Shown here: one piece after another, positions 38,654 to 51,669 of the stretch
Position numbering within the stretch: position 1 is the first letter of the stretch
Layout: each line of letters opens with the position of its first letter
Assembly: GCA_043228905.1 (NCBI GenBank)
Contig: JBHGNT010000002.1
Span: forward strand, 7,750,001-7,814,000
Reading direction: 5' to 3'
Length of the DNA: 64,000 nucleotides
From: Azolla caroliniana
Taxonomy: Eukaryota; Plantae; Polypodiophyta
The notes under the pieces: generated by a model
What the model was told of the DNA's origin: nothing
Seen by the model: only the letters and a program-made list of their open reading frames with translations
Databases searched by the model: none
Program-made: the position numbers and the translations under genes

Positions 38654-39503
38654 TATTTTGACTATAAAATCATCATCAATATGTTAGTTTGACTTTGTAA
38701 TCATTGATGCAATCATAAGTAACTCTAGTTAAAGTGACTGTGGTTACTAACTAACTAACCTCAAGCTTGCCAACCCTAGTTAAGGTGACTGTGGTTACTT
38801 TAACTACCGTAGTCAATCCCTATAAATAGGAAGACCTCGTCATATTTCAATCACACAAAGCACAAGAGCAAACAGAGCACATAGAGCACGAAGCACGAAA
38901 GCGTGATCTTTGCCTAAACTTCGACAAGATCAACCATATTTTGACTATAAATTCATCATCAATATGTTAGTTTGACTTTGTAATCATTGATGCAATCATA
39001 AGTAACTCTAGTTAAAGTGACTGTGGTTACTAACTAACTAACCTCAAGCTTGCCAACCCTGGTTAAGGTGATTGTGGTTACTCTAATTACCGTAGTCAAT
39101 CCCTATAAATAGGAAGACCTCGTCATATTTCAATCACACAAAGCACAAGAGCAAACAGAGCACATAGAGCACGAAGCACGAAAGCGTGATCTTTGCCTAA
39201 ACTTCGACAAGATCAACCATATTTTGACTATAAATTCATCATCAATATGTTAGTTTGACTTTGTAATCATTGATGCAATCATAAGTAACTCTAGTTAAAG
39301 TGACTGTGGTTACTAACTAACTAACCTCAAGCTTGCCAACCCTGGTTAAGGTGATTGTGGTTACTCTAACTACCGTAGTCAATCCCTATAAATAGGAAGA
39401 CCTCGTCATATTTCAATCACACAAAGCACAAGAGCAAACAGAGCACATAGAGCACGAAGCACGAAAGCGTGATCTCTGCCTAAACTTCGACAAGATCAAC
39501 CAT
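38654..39503 (+). promoter_or_regulatory. 283-bp x3 tandem duplication of the promoter/5'UTR of the MTase gene
   Basis: Each unit has CTATAAATAGG and a CA-rich leader and ends at CAACCAT. Only the last unit continues into an ATG (39502). Confidence 0.8.
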
Positions 39504-39585
39504 GTCTTCAAAGAAAATCAAGCACCAAGACTCCAGGTAGGCCTCTAACACTGTGGACATTTTTGTAAATATGTTTTAACACTCA

Positions 39586-40240
39586 AGAACTCGATACGCC
39601 GTATCGAGTTCCGGTATAAAATACAAACTTTATATAGGAACTCGATATGGCGTATCGAGTTTCTGTTTGAAGTTTAGGTTTTATACAAGAACTCGATACG
39701 GCGTATCGAGTTCCTGTTTAAAGTTTAGGTTTTATACAAGAACTCGATACGGTGTATCGAGTTCCTATTAAAAGTTTGTGTTTTAAACACGACGTATCGA
39801 GTTCCTGTATAAAGTTGAGTTTTATACAGGAACTCAATACGGCGTATCGAGTTCCTGTTTAAAGTTTAGGTTTTATACAAGAACTTGATACGCCGTATTG
39901 AATTCCTGTTTAAAGTTTGTGTTTTAAATAGGAACTCGTTACGCCGTATCGAGTTCCTGTCTTATGTTCCTGTGTTATACAGGAACTCGATACGGCGTAT
40001 TGAGTTCCTGTACAAAGTTTGTGTTTTTTTGTATATAGTATGCGTTTTAAACATGAACTCGTTACACCGTAATGAGTTCCTGTATAAAACACAAACATAA
40101 TACAGGAACTCGATATGGCGTATCGAGTTCTTGTTTAAAACACAAACTTTAAACAGGAACTCGATACGCCGTATCGAGTTCCTGTGTAAAATATGTGTTT
40201 GATACATGAACTCGATACCTTGCATCGAGTTCATGTATAA
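39586..40240. repeat. About 60-bp minisatellite (about 10-11 units) with palindromic core GAACTCGATACGSCGTATCGAGTTC, in predicted intron 1
   Basis: Directly visible. The related spacers switch orientation within the array. Confidence 0.9.
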
Positions 40241-41300
40241 ACACGAACTCTATGTAGGAACAATTTAGTATTGTCTGAAAAGTTATCTAACTTTCTATCA
40301 AAATCAGACTTTTTTTATGGAGATTTGCCATATTTTGTAACAAATAGGGGCCTAAATTATAGATGTTTTGTGACCTAGTGTAGCTTAAAATAGTGGAAAA
40401 TAACCCACAAATTACCTCTACGATACCAAATGCAAGTCTATCATGAGCAAATTCTCTAAAATATGGATATGGAATCAATATAAGCCACACCCACCCTTCA
40501 AGATAACATATATCCTTGTATACTTATTAAGATATATATTTTCTATGTTGAATAGCCCTTACTAGAATGGATTTCTGAATAAAGGACTACCATGTTCACT
40601 CAATGCATGATTGATATTTTTAGTTTGCCACAAATCGCCTGCTAGTTCTTGTCTTCGTCTAATTATGTGTATTTTAATATACAACCTTAATCTACGTGAC
40701 CACCTAACTTATGTTTTCGCATGTCCTTTCTTAAATAGGTCGTTTGAGAACTTGTCAGACCGACCTGTGAAGAAGATAAAGCTCCAGATACAAGGCTCTC
40801 CAATTGAAACCCAGACCGTAATAGCTCCCGAGAACATGAAGAGAGGAAAGAAGCTTCTCTTCAATGACGAAAGAAAATCTCAACCACCCAATGAGGTCAG
40901 CCAGAAGAAACTATGAGCAGCCATTGGTGGTGAAAACCTTCCTGACCGTGATCTAACGGACAAGGAATGGTGTATGCAATACGTCAACTCTAAGAAAAAA
41001 GTCGTGTTGTATACTACAAAGAAGAAGGGTGAGGGGTAGCTTGAAAATGAAACCGCATTTATGTATGGCCATATTCTACGATTTGACTACGAAGAATCAA
41101 ATTCAGCCAACATACTTGTAATGATAGAGTGCTCTAAGGGGGTACGTAAAGTATTCCTTTTTGAAGATCTTCTAGTAAAGGAAACTTGTGGGCCAAAACC
41201 TTTTAAAAAAGATCTAGGAAAGCTCCTAGAACCTTATTGTTACCTTGAGGCCTTATATACAAGGCCATGTAAGTCTAAGGGAGCCATTGCCCTCCCCAAT

Positions 41301-44300
41301 TGTTGTTGGGGTGGGGGGTGAAGCCTAGAATGGCTTTAACCCCCTCCCAAGGGGGTTACGATAGAGAGAGAGAAGGAGAGAGTGAAAATAAGAATGACAC
41401 CAAAATAAGAGGGAAAAAGTTATTCATTACATACCCCATAGGGGGTTTATATAATACATCCAATGTAATGGTTACATGACCGTTATAAACTCATCCTCAC
41501 ACACTCATTTACTTTACACATACACATCAACCACATCATTACACATACCCTTATGCTTCCCCGTATATTCTTACGGGTAACACATGGCACGCCTGTGGGA
41601 CAATGCATTGCACGATGAACCCACTCTCCATGGCAACTCTTCTCGACTGGAACTCCATCGGTCATCTCAACGGTCGGAAATCCCTTGACTGGAGCACTGC
41701 TCTACGATCGATAACTTCGATCGGAGATTTGCTTGACTCGAACCTTCTCGTTCGGTCAGCACAAGTCACGAATGGATCATACACCAATCAACTAGTTCAT
41801 TGTGGCATGGGTCGTGAAATCGTGTTGTGCATTTGTGTATTCTTTCTTTCATCATGTGAAGTGAGTTTTATATTTTTTACCCTTTGGTCTTTAAAATTGT
41901 GCCCTCAAGTTTTTATTTTTTTAATTTTTTAATTTTTCTTTTATACCCTTGAATTTTCGAAATTTTCTCTTGTACCCTTCAGTTTTTGAAATTTGGTCTC
42001 ATGCCCTCGAGCTTTTGAAATTCCGTCATCTACCCTTGAACTTCTGAAATTCGGTTTGATGCCCTCCAATTATTGAAATTACCTAGAATGCCCTCCAATT
42101 ATTGTCACTTTCTTCTTATTCTTCACTTTTATTTGCTTTGTCTTCTTCTACTTCTTTCTCTTCTTCCTTTCTGTTTTCTTCTCTGTCTGTGTCTTCTTCT
42201 TGCGTTCTTCTCCTTCCTTTCTTCCATTTCTTCTTCGCCTTCATCCGTTTCTCCTTCTTTAGCCATGACAAGAGCTTGGTGGAGCTCTCTCTCTACTCTA
42301 TCTTGGTTTGTGTCTATGTCTGTCTAAGTCGTTTTTGTTCGTCAGCCGTCGGTCGTGTGATGTTTAGAGCATGGAGATACGACACAAACAGAATGATATA
42401 GGGGCAAAGCCCTCGGGTCTCTTTCTTCCTTCTTTCTCCTTTCTACCTTCTTTTTCCTCCTTTCTTCTTTCTTTCTGTTATTGTTGTTTCTTCCTCCTCC
42501 TTTTCTCTTCTCTTGGCGTAGCGTATGTCTCTAACTGTTTTCTGTGTTTCTCTGCGTCTGATGCAGCTTCCTCTTCAATCTCCTCTCCTCATGTTCAGCT
42601 CGTCGTCAATGGTTGCCGTCGAACCTTCTGTCCGGTAGGCCTTGTCTGTCTCCTTGCTGGCATCCACCTGTCTGACTGGTTATCAGATGTCGATTCGGCC
42701 CCTGTTGTTTGGCGGCCAACCCTATTTGGGTGGTTGTCCGACTGGTCGTCTCTCTGTTCGGCCGTGTCTTTCCGGCCACATGCCGTGCTTCAGCTATTGA
42801 TCGTTTCTGTTATGCCGCCAACTGTAGGACCGTCTTTCCACCAACAGTCGTTGTCCCAATCCGACTGTTCGGTTTGCATGTCCAATGGCTATCGATCCAC
42901 GCCATTCGCCATCCACCATACCACCGCTATCTCTGTCTGTAGGCTCATCCAATTTGACAATCCTTTGCAACTTCGTGCCTCCTTCCTCTGTTGAAATTCA
43001 CAGATCATGTCATTCTCCTTCACTGCAAGTATTCTTAGGATGCCTCCTTTCCCGCACTTACACATATTCACTTCTTTTAAATGTTCGAATGCAGTATAAA
43101 TTTCTACATGATTTCCTTTGATGACAATATAGCAAGAACGACAGAACTTATGGCAAAGGGAATTGACATCAAAGTGGGATGGGCACCCATCTTTCGTAGG
43201 ATACTCCACAGTTCGTCCTGTCCGCAAAAGCAAACGATATAGCTTCCCCTTAGCAAGGGGACGGACTGTCTCCTGAAGTAGACCAATAGGGTTAAGGAGA
43301 AGATGTGAATAGATACAATAAGAAGAAATGATGAAGTCCTATTGAACTGATAACATTATCCCTTATGTAGATAAATATGGTGCAGAAAACATCGTCGGGA
43401 CGACAGATATAGAGAATAAACGTTACACTCTCAGACAAGGAAGGAGGAGAAACAACGAAAATAGGTAAGAAGAACAGAACAAATTCTAGATGATTGGGGC
43501 CTAGAAAACAATAATATGGAGAGCCAGTGGGAGAGGAACAAAAGGCAAGCTTGATGGTCACAGGCTATGGAGGCTCTTAAAGAAAGAAGGAGATGGAAAA
43601 GATGAAGAAGAAAAACTGAGGGTAGACCGCTAGATAATCAGAGAGGCTAAGTGCTACTATGGCTATGGGAGTAGATGAAACAATATTAAGATCACCATAG
43701 CAGGCTGCCTCTTCACACAAACAGTCCAAGCACAACCCATCCTTGCTATAACAGGGAGAGATATACAGAGACACCGAGAGCGAGAGAAAGATTACTGATG
43801 GAGAGGGAAAGTGAGGAATAGACTTCCTCTCAAAGGAGGGTCGGGAAAGATTACTGATGGAGAGGGAAAGTGAGGAATAGACTTCCTCTCAAAGGAGGGT
43901 CAGCCTTTCAAGCATGCCAAAAGTGTTGTTGGGGTGGGGGGTGAAGCCATTCTGGAGAGGGAAAGTGAGGAATAGACTTCCTCTCAAAGGAGGGTCGGCC
44001 TTTCAAGCGTGCCAAAAGTGTTCTTGGGGTGGGGGGTGAAGCCTAGAATGGCTTCACCCCCCTCCCAAGGGGGTTACGATAGAGAGAGAGAAGGAGAGAG
44101 AGAAAATAAGAATGACACCAAAATAAGAGGGAAAAAGTTATTCATTACATACCCCATAGGGGGTTTATATAATACATCCAATGTAACGGCTACATGACCG
44201 TTATAAATAAGACCATTTCACATTCTTGTACACATGCACATAATTGTGCATGTGTCCATACACATACTCATCCTCACACACTCATTTACTTTACACATAC

Positions 44301-44359
44301 ACATCAACCACATCATTACACATACCCTTATGCTTCCCCGTATATTCTTACGGGTAACA
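41301..44359 (-). mobile_element. Non-autonomous LTR element (LTRs 41301-41582 and 44019-44359) with a non-coding interior
   Basis: Direct repeats TGTT..AACA (59-bp deletion in the left copy), TATATAAA and CT-rich tract on the minus strand, PBS-like sites at both inner ends. TSD imperfect (CAAT(T)/CAAGT). Confidence 0.7.
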
Positions 44360-47159
44360 CAAGTAAAGGCCTCGGAAAGGGCATCTAAAGTACAATCAAG
44401 ACCACCAAAGAAGAAGACCACTAAAATGTCGGACTCCGACTCATCAAGCTCAAACGAAGATGAGGACACTAAGGGGACGCTAGGAGCTGAGCTGGCATCG
44501 GGTGTGTTGTCATCGGAGCAGAATAAGATACGGAGAGAGTTAATGCAGCGGAAACTGGTCAGGAAAGGGCAAGTGTTTAATTTTCCTATAACACACATCC
44601 ATCGGCCCCCTATTGATGAAAAAAATAGGACGAAGACCACTTGAGATTAGAGAGCCACACCGAATGCATGTTCAGAAACTCAAGAAAAAAATGAAAATAA
44701 ATCCACATGCTACCGTTGTGCCTTTTATTGTTGTGGTGGATCCTGAAGAATGTGAAACCATTGAAGATTTTGATATAAGAAAGCATGATCAATATAATTA
44801 CTTTGTCATTGTTGGATCGCATTCGGCGGAGGCATGTCGGCAACTTGTACAAGAACATCCAACAATTTTCTTCTTCAAGTATGCCGAGTGCAAAATTTAC
44901 GTGGGTCTCACAACTGAAGAGGCAAAGCTGTTGGCATGGGACCACAATAATGATAATGACTATAGGCAGAAAATGTCGTCGATTGAGTGTATAAGGTTCT
45001 TCCACCATGAGTATTTGGATGTCAAACAAAAGTTTGGTGTGAAGCTACATCCTAGCCTACGACGACAATGCTTGCATGAAGTCGGCATTGTGGTAGATGA
45101 TAATGTTAAGTCCGATGGTCTTCGAAAATATGAGTCTTGGTTTCAACTAGCCTTTAGAGATGGAGAAGTATGGGACTTACAAGATCAAATCTTCTCAATG
45201 TGGGAGAATAAGGAGGTCAAGGGTCAACGACAAAAGAAATGTAAGGTAGACCCTCAACTAGAATTGAAGTCACAAGCGGCCAAGAAAATTGATTTGACAA
45301 TTGAAGAAACGGCTGACGACATGACGTTGTCTCTGTGGAGAGTGATGTAAGGTATTAAGGACGAGCAGCTTCTTGTGTCTGTTTTGTCAAGACTTGTGGC
45401 CAAAGATTTAAGCCTTGAAGAAATGGTCATTAAGTTCAATAAGTAAGTCTTTCAAATAGTGATATTGAAGTCAATATGGTGCAATTGAAAGTTCTAATCT
45501 TGTTTTCTAATTTCATAGTCATAAGGTGTACATGAAGATCCAAGAAGTTATGATGAAACAAATTGGATGTATAATTTGGGAACAAGTGATCGAGGATTAT
45601 CCTCTAACGTCTTCATATAAGGCGTTATCAGAATATTTTATTGCATTCAAGGATTGGGTTAGTATTGGTGGTTTTTCATTAAGCTTTCATCATATGTAGA
45701 GCTTGTATAATAAAACTTGATGTCCTATTGCTTCTATCAGAAACCGTGTCGTGGCAAGAAACAAGAAGAAGTTAAGGATATACATGATTTCCCGACATCC
45801 TTCCTTGCACATCTCGAGAGAGCCAGAAAAGAAAAGGATCGTCGCTTAGTCAAGGTGTACGAAATGGAGGAAGATGGCTCCTTCAAAAAATTTAGCCACA
45901 AAAAAGATATTACGAGAGATCTTTACTACAATGTGGTTTGCGGCAATGTCGTTGACATGATCCAAAAAGTGCCAAAGGACTATACGCTAATGATTGCGGA
46001 TATTCCTTACAGATTTCGAATGGCAAGGTCATCATATGACGATGAACCATTTAGGTTTAAACAGTTGGAGAAGATGGTCAAGGTATTTGTTCAGTTAACG
46101 ACTGCATCCTTGTGGAGAATAGTTGTCTTTCATAGTTTGGACCAAGGGTACTCGGTAGCTCAAGCTTTGAGATCTCGTTGCCATGGCATTGAGAACCTTG
46201 CCTGGTAAGGATTATTTATAGGTCTCATTCACTATATTGCCTTTCTTAAGATTGTTCAATCTATTCTTAACTCGATGTAATATTTGTTATAGGATAAAAA
46301 CCAATGTAAATAGAGGGCCAACCTTTCGGTTCGTTAATGCCATTGAATACATCACGGTTGGCTTTGATGAAATTAAGAAACAAAGAATCAAGGAGCATTC
46401 TAATGAAGTGGGAGGTTCAAATCTGCTGGTATATCCAACAGTGACACGGAAATTGCGACATGTCACCATGACAGAACAAGGACTTGTCAACCCATACCAA
46501 AAACCTCAACGACTTATGATGCGCTTGATCGAGATGTTTTCGGTCGAAGGAGACTGGATATTAGACCTTTTTTCTAGCACAGGTATTCCTCGAACTAGGG
46601 TAACGATCTTGAGATAACCAATACCGAATCTTTTTTGTTTGAGAACTAATTCTTCTTGTTACTTTCTTCACAAGAACGACGTCTACATGTGCATTGAAGC
46701 TCTTTAGAAACACAGTTGCATTGGAGAAGGACGAGGAGCAGGTTATATTTATAAACATGAGGATTAAGGCTTTGTGGGAGTGCCCAGACCAGGACGAGGA
46801 GGTCGGTGCAAAGAACCTTGCTGATACTGAAAAGTTTCAACATGTTTCACGAGAGTCTATTCCTCCGTTAGCCAGGGAACTGGGGGAGCTAATAGAGCTT
46901 GATGATGAGCTTATAGAAAATATTTTGTTGGCTCGGCTAACAGGGGAAGCCAATGCACGTATAGCCGAAGAGACTTCTATACAGGATGATGAAGAAAATG
47001 ACATTGACGATTTGATTGCTATGTAATAGAATCTTTTAAAAATGCGAAATGTAATGTTTGGATTTCACATTATTAATACAGCTTTTGGGTTTTACTTGGT
47101 GGACTCTATTCTTTATAATTTTCTATATGTTTTAATTTTATTTTTATATACTTGGTTAG

Positions 47160-50100
47160 TGTAGAAAGTAGCGTGCGGAAGCAAGTATGAAGACAGAACA
47201 GAAGGAAGAACAATCAGGTTTAATGGAGAGCTTGAGCTTACGCAGTATACGCGGGAGAGACAGAGAGAGTGAGAGAGAGAAAACACAAGAACTATATTCA
47301 ACAAAAACTCAATTCACTACTCTATATACAAATGTGTGTTCAATGAACACTTTTATACAAGTCCTCGAAGGACTGACCGAAGTACTGATCGTACTTCAAT
47401 GCTCTTTAAGAGCTTCTACACTAACTCCAAAATATATTCCTCACGGAATATCTTTCCTAACGGCCTCCCGGTTTACGCACTCGGCCTAACCAATCGGTCC
47501 CAACCGATCCAGTCCTCGGCTTCTTCAGCCAATCCGGTCGATGTTGAGCTTGTCTCTCAATACTCCCCCTCAAGCTCAACTCGAGGCTCTTCGGGATCCT
47601 CGGCCTCACAACTCCGGTTCCTCCTGGCTTCACGCCTCGCTCGCGCTCCTCGACCTGTTCGACTCCGCGTGCTTCGACCCTTCCGGTCGGCTTGTCTGCT
47701 CATGTGGCCCTTATCAACTCTTCTGCTGTTGCGTTGTTGATGCTTCTCCTGTTGCCTTTTCTTCCGCTTGGGCCTCGGTTGATTCAGCGTATCTGAATCA
47801 AACATCCAAACCGACTCGGCTACCTCCGATCGGTTTTCGCTCTCGTCCGAGTTGGCTGTCTCCAACTCGTCTTTGGTCTTCTCGCCCTCGATGGCGTCAT
47901 CTCCCCCATGCGTGGTTGGCTTTGGCTCTCTCCTTCGGTTGCTCCCCTTCTGTCCTCTTCCGGACTTTTCCGCGGGTCTGCCCTTGGCTTCTTCAGCCGA
48001 TCTGAAGTCGAACTCGACAACCGAGTCAACAGCCGAGTCAACCGACTCGGTGTCGCAGCCTCTGCTTATTTCCTACTGCTTTGCTTGGTCGTTTGGGATT
48101 GTTCTCCTCCTCAAGTTTGGCACGTCGAGGTGACGCAATCCGAGCGCACCGGAGAACTGCCGCAACTTGTCCAGACCAAGGGGCTTAGTGAAGATGTCGG
48201 TAGTTTGCTGATCCGTTGGAACGTACTGAAGTTCGACTTCATCGGAAAGGACACGCTCACAGAAGAAATGGTAGTGCACCTCAATGTGCTTGGTCCGTGC
48301 GTGGAAAACGGGGTTTTTCGCGAGCTGGATGCTGCTAAGGTTGTCGCAGTAGATTGTCGTTGGATCGGACACCTCCACCTGCAGATCCTTAAGTAGCCGC
48401 TTCAACCATATGGCTTCGCATGTCGCGACAGCCGCTCCTCATTACTCAGCTTCGGTGCTCGACAGTGCAACTGTCGGCTGCTTCTTACTGCTCCAGGCAA
48501 TCGTGGCACTCCCGAGGGAGAACGCGTATCCAGACGTGAATCGGCGATCGGCGGCGTTGCCAGCCCAATCAGCATCGGTGTAGCCGACTAACTGCGCGAC
48601 TGCACCGGTCCGATATAGCAGTCCCCGGTCCTTAGTGCCGTTGACATACCAAAGTATGCGTCGCGCACATTGAAGGTGCTCCTCGGTAGGTCGCACCATG
48701 AACTGACTGATCACCCCGACCGGATAACTGAGGTCGGGTCGGGTGATGGTCAAGTATATGAGGCTTCCAACAATTTGTCGGAACCTCGTCGAGTCGCATA
48801 CCTTTCCCGTATTGGGACGAAGCTTGACGGTTCTGTCCAGAGGAGTCGAGACGGACTTACAATCGGCCATCCCGAATTTGAAGAGCATACCCAACACGTA
48901 ATGACGTTGGCTGATCAATGTGCCTTCGGGGGTACGGATCACTTCGATCCCGAGGAAGTAATGAAGGTCCCCTAGATCCTTCATGTCGAACGATGCCGCA
49001 AGCTGAAGCTTCACGCGGTCGATTTCACCTAGGTCGGTGCCGGTGATGACCAAGTCATCAACATACAGTAAAATACTAACTGGTCCGAGTCGACCTTTCC
49101 GGATGAACAGGGAAGAGTCCGATTTTGTCGTGACGAAGCCCATCCGACGCAGTTGTTGCGTGATCTTCGCGTTCCAGGCACGCGGGGCTTGCTTCAGTCG
49201 GTAAAGGGACTTCTTCAGTCGGCATACTGCCGAGGAGTTCGTTCCGGAGTGAAATCCGGGGGGCTGTACCATGTACACCTGTTCCTAAAGGTCACCTTGC
49301 AGGAACGCATTCTTTACATCCATCTGATGTAAGTGCCACCCCTTCGCCGTAGCTACTGCGAGCAAAACACGGACGGTCGTCATTTTCGCGACCGGCGCAA
49401 ACGTCTCATCGTAGTCGATGTCGTGTTTCTGCGCGTAGCCCTTTGCCACTAGGCGAGCCTTGTACCGGTTAACGGAGCCATCGGTGTTGTACTTGACCTT
49501 GTACAGCCACCTACACCCGATCAGTTTTACTCCTCTTGGTGCGTCAACCAGGTCCCAGGTCTCGTTCTCCGCCAATGCGTGCATCTCTTCCTCCATCGCG
49601 GCATGCCAATTCGCGTCTTTAGCCGCTTCTGCGTAGCTCTTTGGCTCACGCACTTCCGCTACACGGGTCATGTACGCATAATGATGCGCCATGTACTCAT
49701 TGTATCCGAACCGCAAAACAGGATTCTTTTGGCGGGTAGATCAGCGTAATCTCACATTAGCCGATGTCGAGGCCTTCTCGGTCGACGCGGACTTCACCTT
49801 TAAAGACCCGTCACCAGTTCCCTCGGAGTCGGACTCGCGTCGGTCTGACTCGTTCCTATCCGTGCCGGAATCCGACACCTTCTTCTTCCCTTTCTCTTTG
49901 CGCGTAAGCCGTCTCCTCGGCTTCTTGCGCGGGGAATGCACGGCCGAGTCTCCACTACTCGCCGGCTCTTCATCGGACTGGTCGTACCGACTCAGTCATC
50001 CAATCAGTCCACTTAAACGGAGCAAAATCGGACTCTCTTTGTGGGTCTCAATTTCGGGCTCATCCGAAGGCATCTCGGCCTCGCTGACCTCATCGTCAGA

Positions 50101-51669
50101 GCTCGGATTGGAGTCGGTGTTCGGAGTCGGGGGCTGGTACCAGGACGCGGACTCGTCAAACACAACGTCGCGGCTAACACGCGCTTGTTTGGTGCGAGTG
50201 TTATAACACTTATAACCCTTCTGCTCGTCCGAGTAACTGACCAAGATGAATTTCTCGGCCTTTGCGTCCAGCTTCCTCCTTTTCTCCTTTGGTATATGCA
50301 CATACGCAATGCTACCGAACACCCTCAAGTGTCGCAAGTTCGGCTTCGTTCCGAAATATAGCTCGTGCGCCGACACTTTGTCTCCGATCCGGTTCTGGAT
50401 GTATACCGCGGTCCTTACTACCTCGGCCCAGTAGAACTTGGGCAAGCTCTTCTCCTCCAGCATTGCCCGTGCCGCTTCCACAACTGACCGATTCTTTCTC
50501 TCGGCCACACCGTTCTGCTCCGGCGTGTATCTACAACTGAATTCGCGGCGAATTCCCATTTGTTGTAGGTAACCGTTGAATTGACTGGAAAAGTACTCTT
50601 TCCCGCCATCCGACCGCAGGCACTTGATCTTTCGTCCCGTTTCGGTTTCCACGAACCCTTTGAGGTCCCGGAAATAGTCGAAGACTTCACTCTTCCTCTC
50701 AATGAGGTAGATCCACGTGTGCCGTGTGTGGTCGTCGATGAAGGAGACGAAATATCGGCTCCCGCCAAGACTAACATTTTGTGCCGGCCCCCACACATCG
50801 GAGTGTATAAGGTCGAGTTTGTTCCGGCTCCGGTTTTGCTCGTTGGGGAAAGGAAGTCGGTATTGCTTCCTGAGCTGGCAGGCTTCACAAATTTGTGCCT
50901 TTCGGCCACTAAACTTGGGCAATCTGAACACTACCTGTTTCGATTGCAGATCTTGAAGCCGCTGGTAGTTGACCTGGCCTATCCGCTTGTGCCACAAGTC
51001 GATGTCCGACTCAGCTTTTTGTCCCACGACGGGAAGTCTCTGTATGTCGATTCGGGTACCGCGTCATTAGCTCCTTCGACATAACTCCAGTAGCCGTGCT
51101 CGACCAGGTACTGGTGCATCTTGTAGGATCAAGACGCGTAGTTGGTTCTGTCGAGCTTCTCTGTTGGAAGCGAGCTCGCCATGCCTCTATCCATTGTTCT
51201 TCTTGTTCTTCTTCGTCAAGCTGTGTCGGCTGCAGAGAGGTTCTCAACCCTCGTGCTCTGATACCATGTAGAAAGTAGCGTGAGGAAGCAAGTATGAAGA
51301 TAGAACAGAAGGAAGAACAATCAGGTTTAATGGAGAGCTTGAGCTTACGCAGTATACGCGGGAGAGACAGAGAGAGTGAGAGAGAGAAAACACAAGAACT
51401 ATATTCAACAAAAACTCGATTCACTACTCTATATACAAATGTGTGTTCAATGAACACTTTTATACAAGTCCTCGAAGGACTGACCGAAGTACTGACCGTA
51501 CTTCAATGGTCTTTAAGAGCTCCTACACTAACTCCCAAATATATTCCTCACGGAATATCTTTCCTAACGGCCTCCCGGTTTACGCCCTCGGCCTAACCGA
51601 TCGGTCCCAACCAATCCGGTCCTCAGCTTCTCTAGCCGATCCGGCCGATGTTGAGCTTGTCTCTCAACA
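47160..51669 (-). mobile_element. Ty1/Copia element with an internal gag-protease deletion
   Basis: 403-bp LTRs 47160-47562 and 51267-51669, TSD GTTAG, PBS TGGTATCAGAGC (tRNA-iMet, 51255-51266), PPT GAGGGGGAG. Confidence 0.95.
48073..51027 (-). pseudogene. pol: Copia pol (INT-RT-RH) with stops
   Basis: [50 protein letters not shown] and RTKHIEVHYHF. Confidence 0.92.

Larger units (their letters stand above)
39502..47026 (+). pseudogene. Spliced gene: N-terminal region, ParB-like domain, beta-class N6A/N4C DNA methyltransferase, acidic tail
   Basis: Inferred exons 39502-39536, 40739-41296 joined to 44360-45442, 45519-45657, 45741-46204, 46293-46582 and 46674-47026. Motifs FVIVGSHS, IADIPY, NPYQKP, GDWILDLFSSTG/TT and RNTVALEKD. 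Lesions: stops, a polyA frameshift, a mutated acceptor and an LTR insertion. Confidence 0.8.

Noticed and set aside
39586-40240. CRISPR-like array of palindromic repeats
   Set aside because: The spacers resemble each other, there are no cas genes, and the context is eukaryotic and intronic.
42073-43774. Hydrophobic ORFs as env-like or host genes
   Set aside because: They derive from CT-rich low-complexity sequence and have no recognisable domain.
44426-47026. Bacterial or phage contamination as the source of the MTase
   Set aside because: The gene has spliceosomal introns and sits among plant LTR elements with TSD-defined junctions.
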